Notes: generated by a model from the letters alone, not told the origin. A stretch of 64,000 nucleotides of DNA from Squalus acanthias (GCA_030390025.1 CM059425.1:174036001-174100000); one strand, 5' to 3'. Numbered from the stretch's first letter, positions 23,268 through 36,504 are shown. Numbers and translations are program-made.

Positions 23268-26200
23268 GTCAGGTGGTAAAATAGCTAAAAATGGTGGCGG
23301 GTTCCGATCCCGCTGTCAACCCGCCTCCATGCAACTTTTCCAAAGGCGGGCTTGCAGACTCCCATTCGGTCCCACCACTAGGCCCTTAAGGTTGTTAACT
23401 GCCTGTGTAATCCTATTTTGCCTGTCCTTTTAAATTTTACCACATTTTCATCATGTTCCACGTTGTTCCCAAACCACGCCAGTTAATTGTGTTGGGTTCA
23501 CAAGTGGCTGGCTTCTTGACAGCTGCAGCTCCAGCATAAAAACTAGGGGGATCAAGGGGTATGGCGAGAAAGCAGGAATGGGGTACTGAGGTAGCATGTT
23601 CAGCCATGAACGCATTGAATGGCGGTGCAGGCTCGAAGGACCGAATGGTCTACTCGTGTACCTATTTTCTATGTTTCTATGTTTCTATACAGAGCTCTCA
23701 ACAAGGATCAGTTGCAGGTGGCAGAACTTTGTTTTTTCAGGTCTTGGAAAACTTTTTGCAGGTCTACTGATCTTGGAAGTGGTGAAGCTGAGATCTATCT
23801 CCACTGTCACCTCCTGGGAAAACCATCTCCCCACATTGACTGAGCGCTTCTTCAATGGAGATATCTACCAGCAGCATGGGAACCATTTATTTCCTTTCAT
23901 TCCGGTCCTCAGATTCGGAGGACGAGCAGCCGCGGCAGCAGCAGAACCAGGCACAACAGCAGCACCAACAGCAGGAGCGCCAACCTCCTGCTAAGCCACC
24001 TGATGCTGCACAGGGCAGAAGGTATCAGCGCAGGGCTGCACCTCGCCGCAGGAGATACCCCCAACACAGGGTTTACAGGCCGAGGATGACCTTCCTCAAC
24101 ATGACTGAGCAGCAGTGCCAAAGGAGGCTGAGACTTTTGCGAGAGGTAGTCGGTGACATCTGCGCAATGCTGCACCAACACCTGGAGCCCAGAGGAGCGG
24201 GTGGATACCCCTTACCAGTGCCTGTCAAAGTCACCACCGCCCTCAATTTTTTTGCTTCAAGGTCCTTCCAGGGATCATCAGCGGCATCTCCCAGTCGGCT
24301 GCACACACTTGCATCACACAGGTAACCGATGCCCTCTTTGCCAAGGCGCACAATTACATACACTTCTCCACGGATCAAGCAAGTGTAACCGCACATGCGG
24401 TTGGCTTTACAAATATGGCAGGCTTGCCAAGGGTGCAGGGCATCGTAGACTGCACATATGTGGCCCTTAGGGCACCCCATCACAACCCAGCTGTTTTTGT
24501 CAACCGCAAGAGCTTCCACTCCCTTAACGTGCAGCTGGTGTGTAACCACAGGAAGGACATTTTGCATGTTTGCGCGAAGTACCCTGGCAGTTGTCATGAC
24601 TCGTTCATCCTGTGCCAGTCTAGTGTGCCTCCGCTCTTCAATCTGCCAAACCAACTTTCCAGGTGGCTACTTGGAGACAACGGCTATCCCCTGAAGACGT
24701 GGCTGATGACGCCATTGAGGAGGCCATCCAACGAAGCTGAGGAGCGCTACAATGCGAGCCACATTTCCACCAGATCCAATATCGAGCAAACCATTAGTTT
24801 GCTGAAGATGCGATTCAGATGCCTTGATAGATCAGGTGGAGCCCTACAGTATTCAGCAGCAGGGTCTCCAGAATCGTCGTGGTCTGCTGTGCACTGCACA
24901 ACAGCGCACAGCATTGTGGCTTGCAGCTGCCTGAGGAGCAAGTGACTCAGCGCATAGCCTCCTCAGATAAGGAGGAGGAGGAGGGCTTTGCAGAGGCGGA
25001 TGCGTCAGTTCCAGTAGCACGCGAGCACATTGCTGCCCGTGATGCAAGGGATGCACTAATCTTTGCCAGATTCGCTTAAGCAGATGAATCAAACAAATGT
25101 GGCTGGCACCTTCTTAACACACCATACACAATGTACAAGAACCTGTGGGTTCCTATCACTCTGACCACCATCATTACAAATGCAAGTCACCCCGAGCCCT
25201 CAATGTGGAACTTCCATTTCCTAGATCACATAGGCCAGAACTTCAACTGTTTGCCATCACTTCTGTTTAATCCATTCACAAAAGGATGACAATGTCAAAT
25301 ATTAAAGTAAACAAAAGACAACAGAACAGAACACCCAAGTGACTACCCTTGTGACTAATTGTGCGTTATCTTCCTCTTACGCGTGCTTCTACGTGGTGTC
25401 TCCCCTGTTGCTTCAGCAGATGTGGAGGCACCTTGCTCCCTTTCATGCTGCTCCTGCTTCAACACCTTTGGCGGGCGTCCTCTGCGTTTGCGAGCCTGTG
25501 AGGGCTCGGCAACAGTCTGCTCCTCCTGCATCTGTGCAGGGGCTGAGACGCCCATCTCAGTTGGGTGAGGACTCTGGTGGGGCTCTGACCGAGGGCTAGT
25601 CAGTGGCATGGGAGTGTGAGCACTTGGAGAGGAGCCCCCACTTCCTTGTTGCCTGCCACCAACATCTCTCTCATGGATCAGCCCCACTTCAGTGCTAGCA
25701 AGTGGCTTGATAGCACCTTGCTGCACATCAGGGGGGCCATGAGGACCCGTATCTTCACTGGCAGTCCTACTCAAAAGGACTTCCATGAAGCTCTGGTTTT
25801 TCTGCTCAATAGCTGCCCATCGCTCCTCCTGAGAGGTCAGTCTATTCTGAACATTCACCATGTTTTCCTGACTCTGGCGACTTATTTCCTCCATGGCCGT
25901 AGCCAGCCTTTCCACGGAGGTTGCCATCCTTTCCGTGGTGGTATGTTCATGCGCCATTGCCTCCACAAAGGCACTGCTCATGTTAGAGATGGCCTCCTCC
26001 ATCCTCTCCACACAGTAACCCTGGGGACAAAATCTGCCAGAGACTCCTGCATTTGTTCCTGTAGTTCCAGCACCATTCTCTTTCTGGATGGACCCGGAGG
26101 CACAGGGTCCATATGCAGCTGAGCATAGCTGGAAGCACCCTGCAGCCTCCGACGAGGACTCTCCACTGCTGTCCCTGTCTCCACCATCTGCTGATGCTCA

Positions 26201-26410
26201 CTTGTGAGCTGTGATACACCAGGTGACAACGCTACTCTATCTCCCGAAGGTCCCACCGAGGTGTGTGTTTCTGCGCTGGTGCTGGGTGCGCTTAATTCTG
26301 CTGAAGCTGCGCCCTCAGAGGTTGCAGGATACGCTGAGGAGTCTTCTGGCTCTGGCTCTTCCTCCTGGACAGTGGGGAGGGGGGTTATCGATGGTCCTAT
26401 GGGGTCTTTA
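23268..26410 (+). mobile_element. Harbinger transposon lacking both termini (transposase ~23876-25078 +, Myb-gene last exon ~25355-26400 -)
   Basis: [36 protein letters not shown]; clearly homologous to the 16387-18830 copy; bounded by CR1 fragments. Confidence 0.88.
23545..23688 (+). mobile_element. Very short CR1 3' tail inserted in the Harbinger 5' region
   Basis: GGGATCAAGGGGTATGG...(TTTCTATG)n; absent from the homologous position in the 16387 copy. Confidence 0.8.
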
Positions 26411-27064
26411 TCAATTTCTTGGTCCTCCTTTGCTGAATTCTAAAATCCTCCCAATCCTCAGGTTACTGGTCTTTTTGGCAACATTATAAGCCTCTTCCTT
26501 TGATCTAATACTATCTTTAACTTCTCTTGTTAGCCACAGTTGGACCACTTTTCCTGTGGGGTTTTTGTGCCTTAAAGCAATGTATATTTGTTGTAAATTA
26601 TGTATTAATTCTTTAAATGCTAGCCATTGTTTGTCTACTGTCATACCTTTAAATGTAGTTTCCCAATCTACCTTAGCCAACTCACCCCTCATACCTACAT
26701 TGTTTGCTTTGTTTAGAATTTAGACCCTAGTTTCGATTTAACTAAATCACTTTCAAACTCCATATAAAATTCTATCATATTATGGTCACTCTTCCCTAAA
26801 GGCCCCTTTACTACAAGGTTATTAATTAACCCTTTCTCATTGCACAATACTAGATCTAAAATAGCCTGTTCCCAAGTTGGTTCCTCAACATAGTGATCTA
26901 GAAAACTATCTTGTATACATTCCATGAATTCGTCCTCCACACTATTACTGCAAATTTGGTTTGCCCAGTCTATATGTAGATTAAAGTCCCCCATGATTAC
27001 TGTATTACCCTTGTTACATGCGCCTCTAATTTCCTGATTTATACTCTGCCCTACAATACAACTA
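26411..27064 (-). mobile_element. CR1 ORF2 endonuclease-region fragment
   Basis: VIMGDFNLHIDW, ILDLVLCNE, LGKSDHNMIEF. Confidence 0.88.
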
Positions 27065-27139
27065 CAAAACAATGCAGTGCACATTAATTGATCACCAGTT
27101 CATGACATTTCTGGGATTATATATATGAAAATATTAATC

Positions 27140-29460
27140 TAAAGAACACAAGAAGTAGGAGCAGGACCCGGCCACTCAGCCTCTGGGCCCACTCCGCCAC
27201 CCACAGTGCCTTGACTGATCCGAACTCAGCCTCATATCCAATTTCCTGCCCGCTCCCCGTAACCCCTAATTCCCTTTACTTCTAGGAAACTGTCTATTTC
27301 TGTTTTAAATTTATTTAATGATGTAGCTTCCACAGCTTCCTGGGGCAGCAAATTCCACAGACCTACTACCCTCTGAGTGAAGAAGTTTCTCCTCATCTCA
27401 GTTTTGAAAGAGCAGCCCCTTATTCTAAGATTATGCCCCCTAGTTCTAGTTTCACCCATCCTTGGGAACATCCTTACCGTATCCAGCCGATCAAGCCCCT
27501 TCACAATCTTATATGTTTCAATAAGATCGCCTCTCATTCTTCTGAACTCCAATGAGTAGAGTCCCAATCTACTCAACCTCTCCTCATATGTCCACCCCCT
27601 CATCCCCGGGATTAACCGAGTGAACCTTCTTTGTACTGCCTCGAGAGCAAGTATGTCTTTTCTTAAGTATGGACACCAAAACTGTATGCAGTATTCCAGG
27701 TGCGGTCTCACCAATACCTTATATAACTGCAGCAATACCTCCCTGTTTTTATAATCTATCCCCCTAGCAATAAAAGCCAACATTCCATTGGCCTTCTTGA
27801 TCACCTGCTGCACCTGCATACTAACTTTTTGATTTTCTTGCACTAGGACCCCCAGATCCCTTTGTACTGCAGTACTTTCCAGTTTCTCGCCATTAAGATA
27901 ATAACCTGCTCTCTGATGTTTCCTGCCAAAGTGCATAACCTCACATTTTCCAATATTGTATTGCATCTGCCAAATCTCCGCCCACTCACCCAGCCTGTCT
28001 ATATCCCCTTGTAGGTTTTTTATGTCCTCCTCACTTTCTACTTTCCCTCCCATCTTTGTCTCATCTACAAACTTTGATATGTTACACTCGGTCCCCTCCT
28101 CCAAATCGTTAATATAGATTGTAAAGAGTTGGGGACCCAGCACCGACCCCTGCAGAACACCACTGGCTACTGGTTGCCAGTCCGAGAATGAACCATTTAT
28201 CCCAACTCTCTGCTTCCTGTTAGTTAACCAATCCTCCACCCATGCCAGAATATTACCCCCAATCCAGTGATTTATCTTGAGCAATAATCTTTTATGTGGC
28301 ACCTTGTCGAATGCCTTCTGGAAGTCTAAATACACTACGTCCACTGGTTCCCCTTTATCCACCCTGTACGTTATGTCCTCAAAGAACTCAAGCAAATTTG
28401 TCAGACATGACTTCCCCTTCATAAAGCCATGCTGACATTGTCCTATTAAATTATGTTTATCTAAATGTTCCGTTACTGTCTCCTTAATAATAGACTCCAA
28501 AATTTTACCCACCACAGATGTTAGGTTAACTGGTCTATAATTTCCAGCCTTCTGCCTACTACCCTTTTTAAATAAGGGTGTTACATTAGCAGTTTCCAAT
28601 CTGCCGTGACCTTTGCTGAGTCCAGGGAATTTTGGAAAATTACCAAAGCATCCACAATCCCTATTGCCACTTCCCTCAAGACCCTAGGATGTAAGCCATC
28701 AGGTCCAGGGGATTTATCCGCCTTGAGTCCCATTATTTTACTGAGTACCAATTCCTTAGTGATTTTAATCGTATTTAGCTCCTCCCCCCCTAGAGCCCCC
28801 TGTTTGTCCAGTGTTGGGATATTCTTAGTGTCCACTACCGTAAAGACTGAAACAAAATATTTGTTCAGCATTTTTGCCATCTTCATGTTTCCCACCATTA
28901 ATTTCCCGGTCTCATCCTCTAAGGGACCTACGTTTGCCTCAGCTACCCTTTTTCTTTTTATATAACTATAGAAACTCTTGCTATCTTTTTATATTTTTTG
29001 CTAATTTATTTTCATAATCTATCTTCCCTTTCTTAATCAATCCTTTAGTTACTTTTTGCTGTCTTTTGAAGACTTCCCAATCTTCTATCCTCCCACTAAG
29101 TTTGGCTACCTTATATATCCTTGTTTTTAGTCGGATACTATCCTTAATTTCTTTACTTAGCCACGGATGGCTGTCATTTCTTTTACACCCTTTTTTCCCT
29201 CAGTGGAATATATTTTTTTTGAAAGTTGTAAAATAACTCCTTAAATGAACACCACTGCTCATGTACCGTCTTACCCTTTAATCTATTTTCCCAGTCCACT
29301 TTAATCAATTCCGCTCTCATACCATCATAGTCTCCTTTATTCAAGCTCAGTACGCTTGTTTGAGAACCAACCTTCTCACCCTCTAATTGGATATGGAACT
29401 CAACCATGTTATGGTCACTCATTCCAAGGGGATCCTTAACTAGGACATTAATTAATTAAT
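27140..29460 (-). mobile_element. CR1 LINE, 5'-truncated, with a 455-aa open RT/C-terminal segment (27232-28599)
   Basis: NYRPVNLTSVVGKILE, YLDFQKAFDKVPH, QGSVLGP, KFVDE (FADD altered); upstream frameshifts. Confidence 0.93.
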
Positions 29461-29465
29461 CCTTA

Positions 29466-30038
29466 TTATTATAAATCATAAATTAGCTTTTATTTGTATT
29501 TTAAATATTTGTAAGTAATTCTAAAGTAATATGATTTGATTATATAAATTAGTATTTCACTAATTCATAGCCATTGCATTCTGCATTGCTCCTGAGTAAA
29601 GTTAATGTAGAAGTGCTCCCTGTTGATATGGCCTTCTGTGCAGTGCCCTCCTCCCTCTTGAAACAAAAAATCTTCTGAGGATAATACTAGGATCTAAAGT
29701 TTTGCAAATGCCTCTTGAAACATAAATAAGTATAATGTACCAAACGAATACCTTTTAAAAATACATTTCTTCTCCTCCTGCACCCCATGTTTTAAGCCCC
29801 TACTGTTACTTCCCATAATATCCTGGAATAGCTGCCAGAAGAGGGAGGAGGAGGAGGGCACTGCACAGAAGGCCATATCAACAGGGAGCACTTCTACATT
29901 AACTTTACTCAGGAGCAATGCAGAATGCAATGGCTATGAATTAGTGAAATACTAATTTATATAATCAAATCATATTACTTTAGAATTACTTACAAATATT
30001 TAAAATACAAATAAAAGCTAATTTATGATTTATAATAA
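29466..30038. repeat. Perfect inverted duplication, 189-bp arms with a 195-bp spacer
   Basis: 29466-29654 is the reverse complement of 29850-30038. Confidence 0.9.
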
Positions 30039-31048
30039 GAGAAAGTAACATTCAAGTGTTGAACTTTAGGTCCTAGAAATTCGGCCACAGAGGAAGTGCG
30101 TACATATTTCCGGCAGGAAGTGCACCGCCCGCCATATTGGATAAGGTAGCTGCGCTGGTGGCAGAAGCACACATCAGAAACATTTAAAGCCCAGAATAAT
30201 TTCATAAAATTAGACGCGCAGGACCCGTTTTTGGTTTTCAAAAGCACCATTCACTCGCCACATCTTGAACTCGCATAGTACAACATGGCACTAACCAGCA
30301 AGAATGCCCTCTTCCAGCGTTATTTAAAGAGATCATGCAGTACTTACAGGTTAGCAGCTGGTTTATCATTTCAGGGTGCTGGTTAAGTTCTGGACTTTTT
30401 TTTGGAGTGTTTCATCACTCTGGAAATTTCACGGTCTACACAGAGAAAGATTTTGCTGGGCTTCCACTGTTGTTGTTTGCCTCAGAAATAGTCTGGCTGC
30501 AGACATGGGTGGTCTCATAGGGCTGCTTGAGGCTGGATAATGAGGGGCAACAGCAAGGAAAATACCACAGAGCAGGAATAGCTGCCAGAAGAGGGAGGGG
30601 AAGGAGGGCACTGCACAGGAGGCCGTATCGACAGGGAACACTTCTACATTAACTTTACTCAGGAGCAATGTATGAAGTGCCTTCGCTTCACCAAGAAAGC
30701 TGTCACCGAGCTATGTCACCTGCTGTAGCCATAATTCGAGCCTCGCACCAGGCATGGACAGCACTGCCTGTGGCTGTCTTCACCATTTTTTTTTGAACAG
30801 CCACCAGCAGTCCCTTTAAAAGAAAAGAAAGACTTGCATTTATATAGCGCCTTTTGTGACCACTGGACATCCCAAAGCGCTTTACAGCCAATTAAGTACT
30901 TTTGGAGTGTAGTCACTGTTGTAATGTAGGAAACATGGCAGACAATTTGCGCACAGCAAGCTCCCACAAACAGAAATATGATAACCAGATAATCCATTTT
31001 AGGGATGCTGATTGAGGGATAAATATTGGCCAGGACACCAGGGATAAC

Positions 31049-31662
31049 ACCTCCGTTCAGTCCGTAAGGGGGACCCCCGAGCTCCCGGTGGCCTGTCACT
31101 TTAATTCTCCGCTCCACTCCCACTCTGACCTCACCGTCCTCAGCCTCTTGCATTGTTCCACGGAAGCTCAGCGTAAGCTCGAGGAACAGCCTCATCTTTC
31201 GATTAGGCACTTTACAGCCCTCTGGACTCAACATAGAGTTCAACAATTTCAGATCATAACCCTGGCCCCTATCACATTTATATATATTTTTATTTTATTT
31301 TTTCATCCACCCTTTTGTTTGGCCTTTTTTTCTTCCCTCCCAGAAGCTGGCAGCTGTCCTTCATTCTGCCAGCGCATTTCACACTTCATCTAGCCTCAAC
31401 CTGTCACATTACCACCTCCTCTTGCCTTAAATATCTCTTAATGTCTCTTAATCTCTCCTGCTTTCTATCCTACCACTGACCTTCCCTTTTGTTCTTTCAT
31501 CCCTTCCCCCTTTTCCCAGCATTATACTTGCTTTAAATCTATTTTATTTCCTGCTTTTTTCCAGTTCTGACGAAAGGTCTTCGACCTGAAACGTTAACTC
31601 TGTTTCTCTCTCCACGGATGCTGCCTGGCCTGCTGAGTTTTTCCAGCGTTTTCTGTTGTTAT
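31049..31662 (+). mobile_element. Penelope-like retroelement 3' fragment (GIY-YIG endonuclease C-terminus plus pLTR)
   Basis: PVACHFNSPLHSHSDLTVL..EAQRKLEEQ..LIFRLGTLQPSGLNIEF; imperfect 12-bp TSD ACCAGGGATAAC (31037-31048) / ACCGGGGATAAC (31663-31674). Confidence 0.85.
31563..31599 (+). ncRNA. Minimal type I hammerhead ribozyme motif
   Basis: AGUU-CUGACGA-A-AGGUC-uuc-GACCU-GAAAC-GUU-AACU: stem I AGUU/AACU, full core, palindromic stem III AACGUU, GUU cleavage triplet. Confidence 0.8.
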
Positions 31663-33299
31663 ACCGGGGATAACTCCCCTGCTCTTCTTTGAAATAGTGC
31701 CATGGGATCTTTTACATCCACCCGAGAGAGCAGACAGGGCCTTGGTTTAACATCTCATGCGAAAGATGGCACCTCCAACAGCGCAGCACTCCCTCAGTAC
31801 TACACTGTCGTGTCAGCCTAGATTTTTGTGCTCAAGTCTCTGGAGTGGGACTTGAACCCACAACCTTCTGACTCAGGCGAGGGTGCTACAAACTGAGCCA
31901 CAGCTGACACTCAACAGCCACTGGTTAGGCCACTCATCACCTGGTACTAATTGCAAACGGGGGTCCTACAACCCACATAACACTCCAAATTGCATATTTA
32001 AGCAGCCTCCCACCTGAAACAGGTAGGCGTGCTGCTTATCCATTTACATGAAGATTGCATCAGGTGAATGGGAAATCAAATGCCAGTTTCTCAAACTGAG
32101 CTGATAATTGCTGAGGTAAAACATATACTGACGCTATTTTCAAAAGCAGTAATGACAATATGAGGCACTTTAGGATGGAAGTCTTTTAATATCAGTGAGC
32201 TCATCCAAATAGAAACCCATTGTCTTCATTCTACAGCATGCGTTTATGTGCTGTTTACACAAATCAAGGCAAGTTTCTTGCTCGGTTTTTAAAAATATCT
32301 AGCAAAAGTGTAAATACACATTTAAAGAAAGTCACATTAATGTTTCCCCATTAATTTCTGCAACCATCTGAAACTCTCATACAATAACAGCCTAATTCAG
32401 GGTTCTATCTGGTAATAGACTGGGAGGAATGTCACCACATTTAAAAATTCTCTTTAAACTCTGCTGGACCGTGTGAAGGCGAGACAGCAAAAAAAACCAC
32501 AAAACATAGCCACACGTAATTGGGAGATAAACTTGAATTTGAAGTCTCATTACTTTTTGCCTGCTGGGTTGTACGGACATAGGAAACACAATAAAGCTAA
32601 CAAGTGCTGACCTTCTTACTGGACATCAGAAAAGTGTACGTAATCAGGGTGCAGATATTTCAGTTATTGTAAATGAAGAGTCACTGAAAAGAATTGCCCA
32701 ATGACCATTATACAGAGGCAGCACATCGCTGTAAATGTTAAAGAACATGAACATTTTATTTTTGAAATCAGAAACTGGAAATAGAGTGACATAAGGTTTG
32801 ATGCCACCATGTGGTTAAAGGAGAACTGTGTATAAGCGAAGTAAAACTCATTTGAAATAAACAGATGGAAAATTGAAGCCAGTTTTGTCAGAATCCGATT
32901 AATCTTATGGCTTACTTGATTTGGAAATTTGTATCCTCCCGGATTTCTAATTCTAAATAAAATGTTGGGTTTAACAAGTTCAATATTCTGGGAGACAGAT
33001 CATCAACTTTACCACAAGAAATTGTCTTATGACTTGGGAAAGGACAAGAACAACTTTTATTGTAATGAATTAGGACTCTTTATTTTTAATCTTGATCACA
33101 AAACTAACTATATATTAGTGCTAAGTGTTCACCCTGTAATCTAATCCACAACCACGTCAAAAAGTTGACATTGCTGAGACGCTAAATTTCAGATTCTAAA
33201 AAGATAAAGAAGTTGCAGCAGCACAGAACTTACATGAGGAACACTGGGATGGTTCTACAGATGAAAAAGAGAACTAATAAAAGGAAATGAAGCTTCCTC

Positions 33300-33845
33300 G
33301 GCCCAAAATTCCTAGAGTGGGGAGGCCACAAACTGAGCAGATCACTTGTGGGTCAAATACAGATTTGAGCAGAACCTGGATTTTGCCCATTTGCCTTCCG
33401 TCAGAAATTCAGAGGATAGTCTTCTGCTCACCACTACCCCAAACACCCATGCAACTGCTTGGAGGTCTCCCTGAGGGGCTACCCCAGGAAGGCTACCCCA
33501 GGAATTACACCCAGCTCACCAATCTTAGGAACAAGGTGTGGATTCTGTACTGAGTCTTCCAAAGGCCCAATGGATCTTGCAGAGTTAACTTAATTGATCC
33601 GAAAGGGGGCCAATTATCTCCCATTGCAGGCCAATGTTTTCCTTCAGGGAAAAAGAAAAAAAACTGTGCCCTCTTACCCCCGATAAGAGCCTCTGCTTCC
33701 CCTCTTCGTGGGCCTCCTGCCTGAATATTAAAATTATCCCATTCCAGTGATTTGGGATGGGTCAATGGTCTTTACAGTCAACTGCCAGAATTCCCACCCT
33801 GACACATTTCTGGTGATGGAGCAGAAAGCCAGCAATTTTGGGTCC
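33300..33845. mobile_element. Old Harbinger-type MITE
   Basis: Ends GGCCCAAAATT / AATTTTGGGTCC; TSD not preserved. Confidence 0.5.
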
Positions 33846-33954
33846 CATAAGTTCAACAAACTTTTATGTTCACTGTAATTAGTGCTTATAATTAAAACAC
33901 CAACTTGAGCTGTACAGTTAAACATCTGCAGATATGTAGAGCCAGCTAAGATTA

Positions 33955-35420
33955 ACGACAACTTGCATTTATATAGCACCTTTAACGTGGAAAAACATCC
34001 CAAGGTGCTTCATAGAGGCATAATCAGACAAAAATGGAAGGCCGAGCCAAAGAAGGAATTATTAAGAGGGGTGACCAAAAACTTGGTGAGAGAGCTGGAT
34101 TTTAAGGAGGATCTTAAAAAAGGAGCAGGTGGAGATGCAGAGGGGTTTACAGAAGGAATTACAGAGTGTGGGGCCTAGACAGCTGAAGGGACGGCTGTAT
34201 TGTATAAGAGCCCAGAATCGGAGGAGCAGAGAGTTCTCGGATGATTGTAGGGCTAGAGGAGGCTACGGAGAAAACGAGAGGCAAGGCATGGCATGAAGGG
34301 ATTTATACACAAGGATGGGCATTTTAAATTGTTGGTGTTGGTGGACGGGAGCCAATGTAGATCAGTGAGGACAGGAGCAATAAGTGAGTGGAACTTGGTG
34401 TAGGATAGGATATGGGCAGCAGGATTTTGGATAAGCTAAAGTTTACAGAGTATGGAGGATGGGAGACTGGCCAGGAAAGCATTGGAATAGTCAAGTCTGG
34501 AGGTGACAATGGCATGGATGAGAGTTTCAGCAGATAGGCTGAGGCAGAGGCAGTAGCAGGCAATGTTATGTTGGTGGAAGCAGGCAATCTTTGTAATGGA
34601 GAGAATATGGGGTCAGTAGCTCATCTCAGTGTCAAATAGGACACAGAGATTGAGTTCAACCTGATACAGTGGCTGAAGAGAGGGTGGAATCGCTGGTGAT
34701 GGTAGAGATTGTAGCGGGGGGAGGGGGCCTAAGACGATTGCTTCAGTCTTGCCGTTGCTTAACTTGAGGAAATTTTAACTCATCCTAGGCAGGATGTCAG
34801 GCAAGCAGGCCGGAATTTTCTCAAGGGAGGCGGGTTGGGGGCAGGGGGCCTCTGAGGCGGGTGGGAAACCCGGGAGAACGGATTTAAATTGGTGAGATTT
34901 GAACTCACGTCTCTGGATCATTAGTCCAGGCCTCTAGATTACTAGCCTAGTGACATTACCACTACACTACCGTTCCCGCTCTGGTTATGATCAGAATAGC
35001 AAGAGTGGAACCAAGCGAGGACAGCCCACTGAGCTGAACAACGGAGGAACTGGGTTGCAGGAGGATAGTGTGGTCAATCGTGTCAAAAGATTATAGAGCA
35101 GCCTCGGAGGAAAAACACACCACGGTTGCATTTACAGAGGATATATCATTTGTGACTTTGTTTTAGTGCTGTGGCAGGGGCAGAAACCAGATTGAAAAGA
35201 TTCAAACACGGAGTTGCGGGAAAGATGTGCATGGAATTGGGAGGGGATAACATGTTCAAGGACTTAAGAGGAAAGGAAGATTTGGGGGGTTGGTTGCAAG
35301 GGCAGAGGGGTTAAGGGTGGGATTTTGGGTTTTTTTGAGGATAGGGGAGGTGACAGCAATTTTGAATGGGAAGGGGACAAATAAGTACCTGAGGAAAATT
35401 AACCATTTACAATGTCAATA
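33955..35420 (-). mobile_element. L2 LINE 3' fragment with small nested inserts
   Basis: L2 tail (reverse complement of ACAACTTGCATTTATATAGCACC) and decayed L2 C-terminal coding sequence. Confidence 0.7.
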
Positions 35421-36504
35421 TCCATACTGCAACAAACACCTACTGGACTGTGTGGGCAGTTTCAATAGGGATAAATTCTACAGTAGCTGTTTAGAAAGCT
35501 CGTTATATAATAAAGTACCTCATATGCATCAAGCCCCTCTACTATTTTTAAGGAATAATTCAGATTATAGTTAACAAACATTTAGCTAATAAAATTTAGC
35601 CGCTACATACATAAAGCTGTTGTGTAGTGATAAATCTACTGTCATGAAATTGGTCAAGATTTTATATCAGGTCACTGAATTAGTTATGCTGCATTGGCTA
35701 GTTTAACTACTATTTAAATGCCAAGGTCTTGGAACCTGCTGACATATTCCCCAAACTGACCTTTAAAATAGTGACAAGAAAATAAGTGACTGCCTGTGTT
35801 TGCATGAGGATTGACAAATCCTGGGAATGGAATCAACAATTTCTGTTTGTGGTGGTGCTTTACTGACAGTTTTATGGATTCACGTGTTAACTAGATGTCA
35901 AAAAATTAAAAGCATGCCTTAGTTCTGGACACTGAAGCACAAGGAAGAAAGAAAAGGAAAGAAGAAAAGCCGATCTTTTTCTTTCAGAAGCTGATCAATC
36001 CACTATGCAGTTCCAGTTTTCATTACGTGTGCCTGAATTTTGCATCTTTTTCCTTCCTTTTTTATCACTACCTTGAAATAGTATGGGTTGCAAAAATATT
36101 TCAAGAAAGATATTCTGTACGGAAGTACTTATAATACAAAATATTTACTTGTGCATATTTAAACAAATATTATTGTTCAAAAATCTCCCAAATATAGGAA
36201 GAAATAAAAAGTATTCCATAAAATTTTGGAAAACCAATATTTGAGGCCTGACCGAAGCCCTTGCCGTCCTCAGCCGCCATTAGTCATAGAGTTGACCAAC
36301 AGAGACTGAGATAGCTTCAGTAAAATCAGCAACCTTCTGGTTCTTCAATGGCAACGCAGAGCAGCCAGGAGCCAACCACTGAACACCCAGTGCTCACAAA
36401 ATCCATCCCACAATACTTTCAGATAGATCAGCTACACTGAATAGCACCATCTAGTGAAAGCTTAAACTTACACACTCAATTTTAAGCCTGAAGTCTAAAT
36501 AGAT

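Larger units (their letters stand above)
30820..31910 (-). mobile_element. SacSINE1-like Deu-SINE split by a PLE insertion
   Basis: tRNA-like head (GTGTCAGCTGTGGCTCAG..GGTTCAAGTCCC on -) ending ~31910, Deu domain, and L2 tail at ~30820. Confidence 0.8.
30069..32060 (+). mobile_element. Decayed Harbinger derivative containing a nested Deu-SINE and a PLE fragment
   Basis: TIR-like GGTCCTAGAAATT start; transposase N-terminal remnant (RRALHRRPYR..LPVAV) up to ~30815. Confidence 0.55.

Noticed and set aside
27232..28599. 455-aa RT ORF as an active or domesticated reverse transcriptase
   Set aside because: 5'-truncated, frameshifted upstream, and the catalytic FADD reads FVDE
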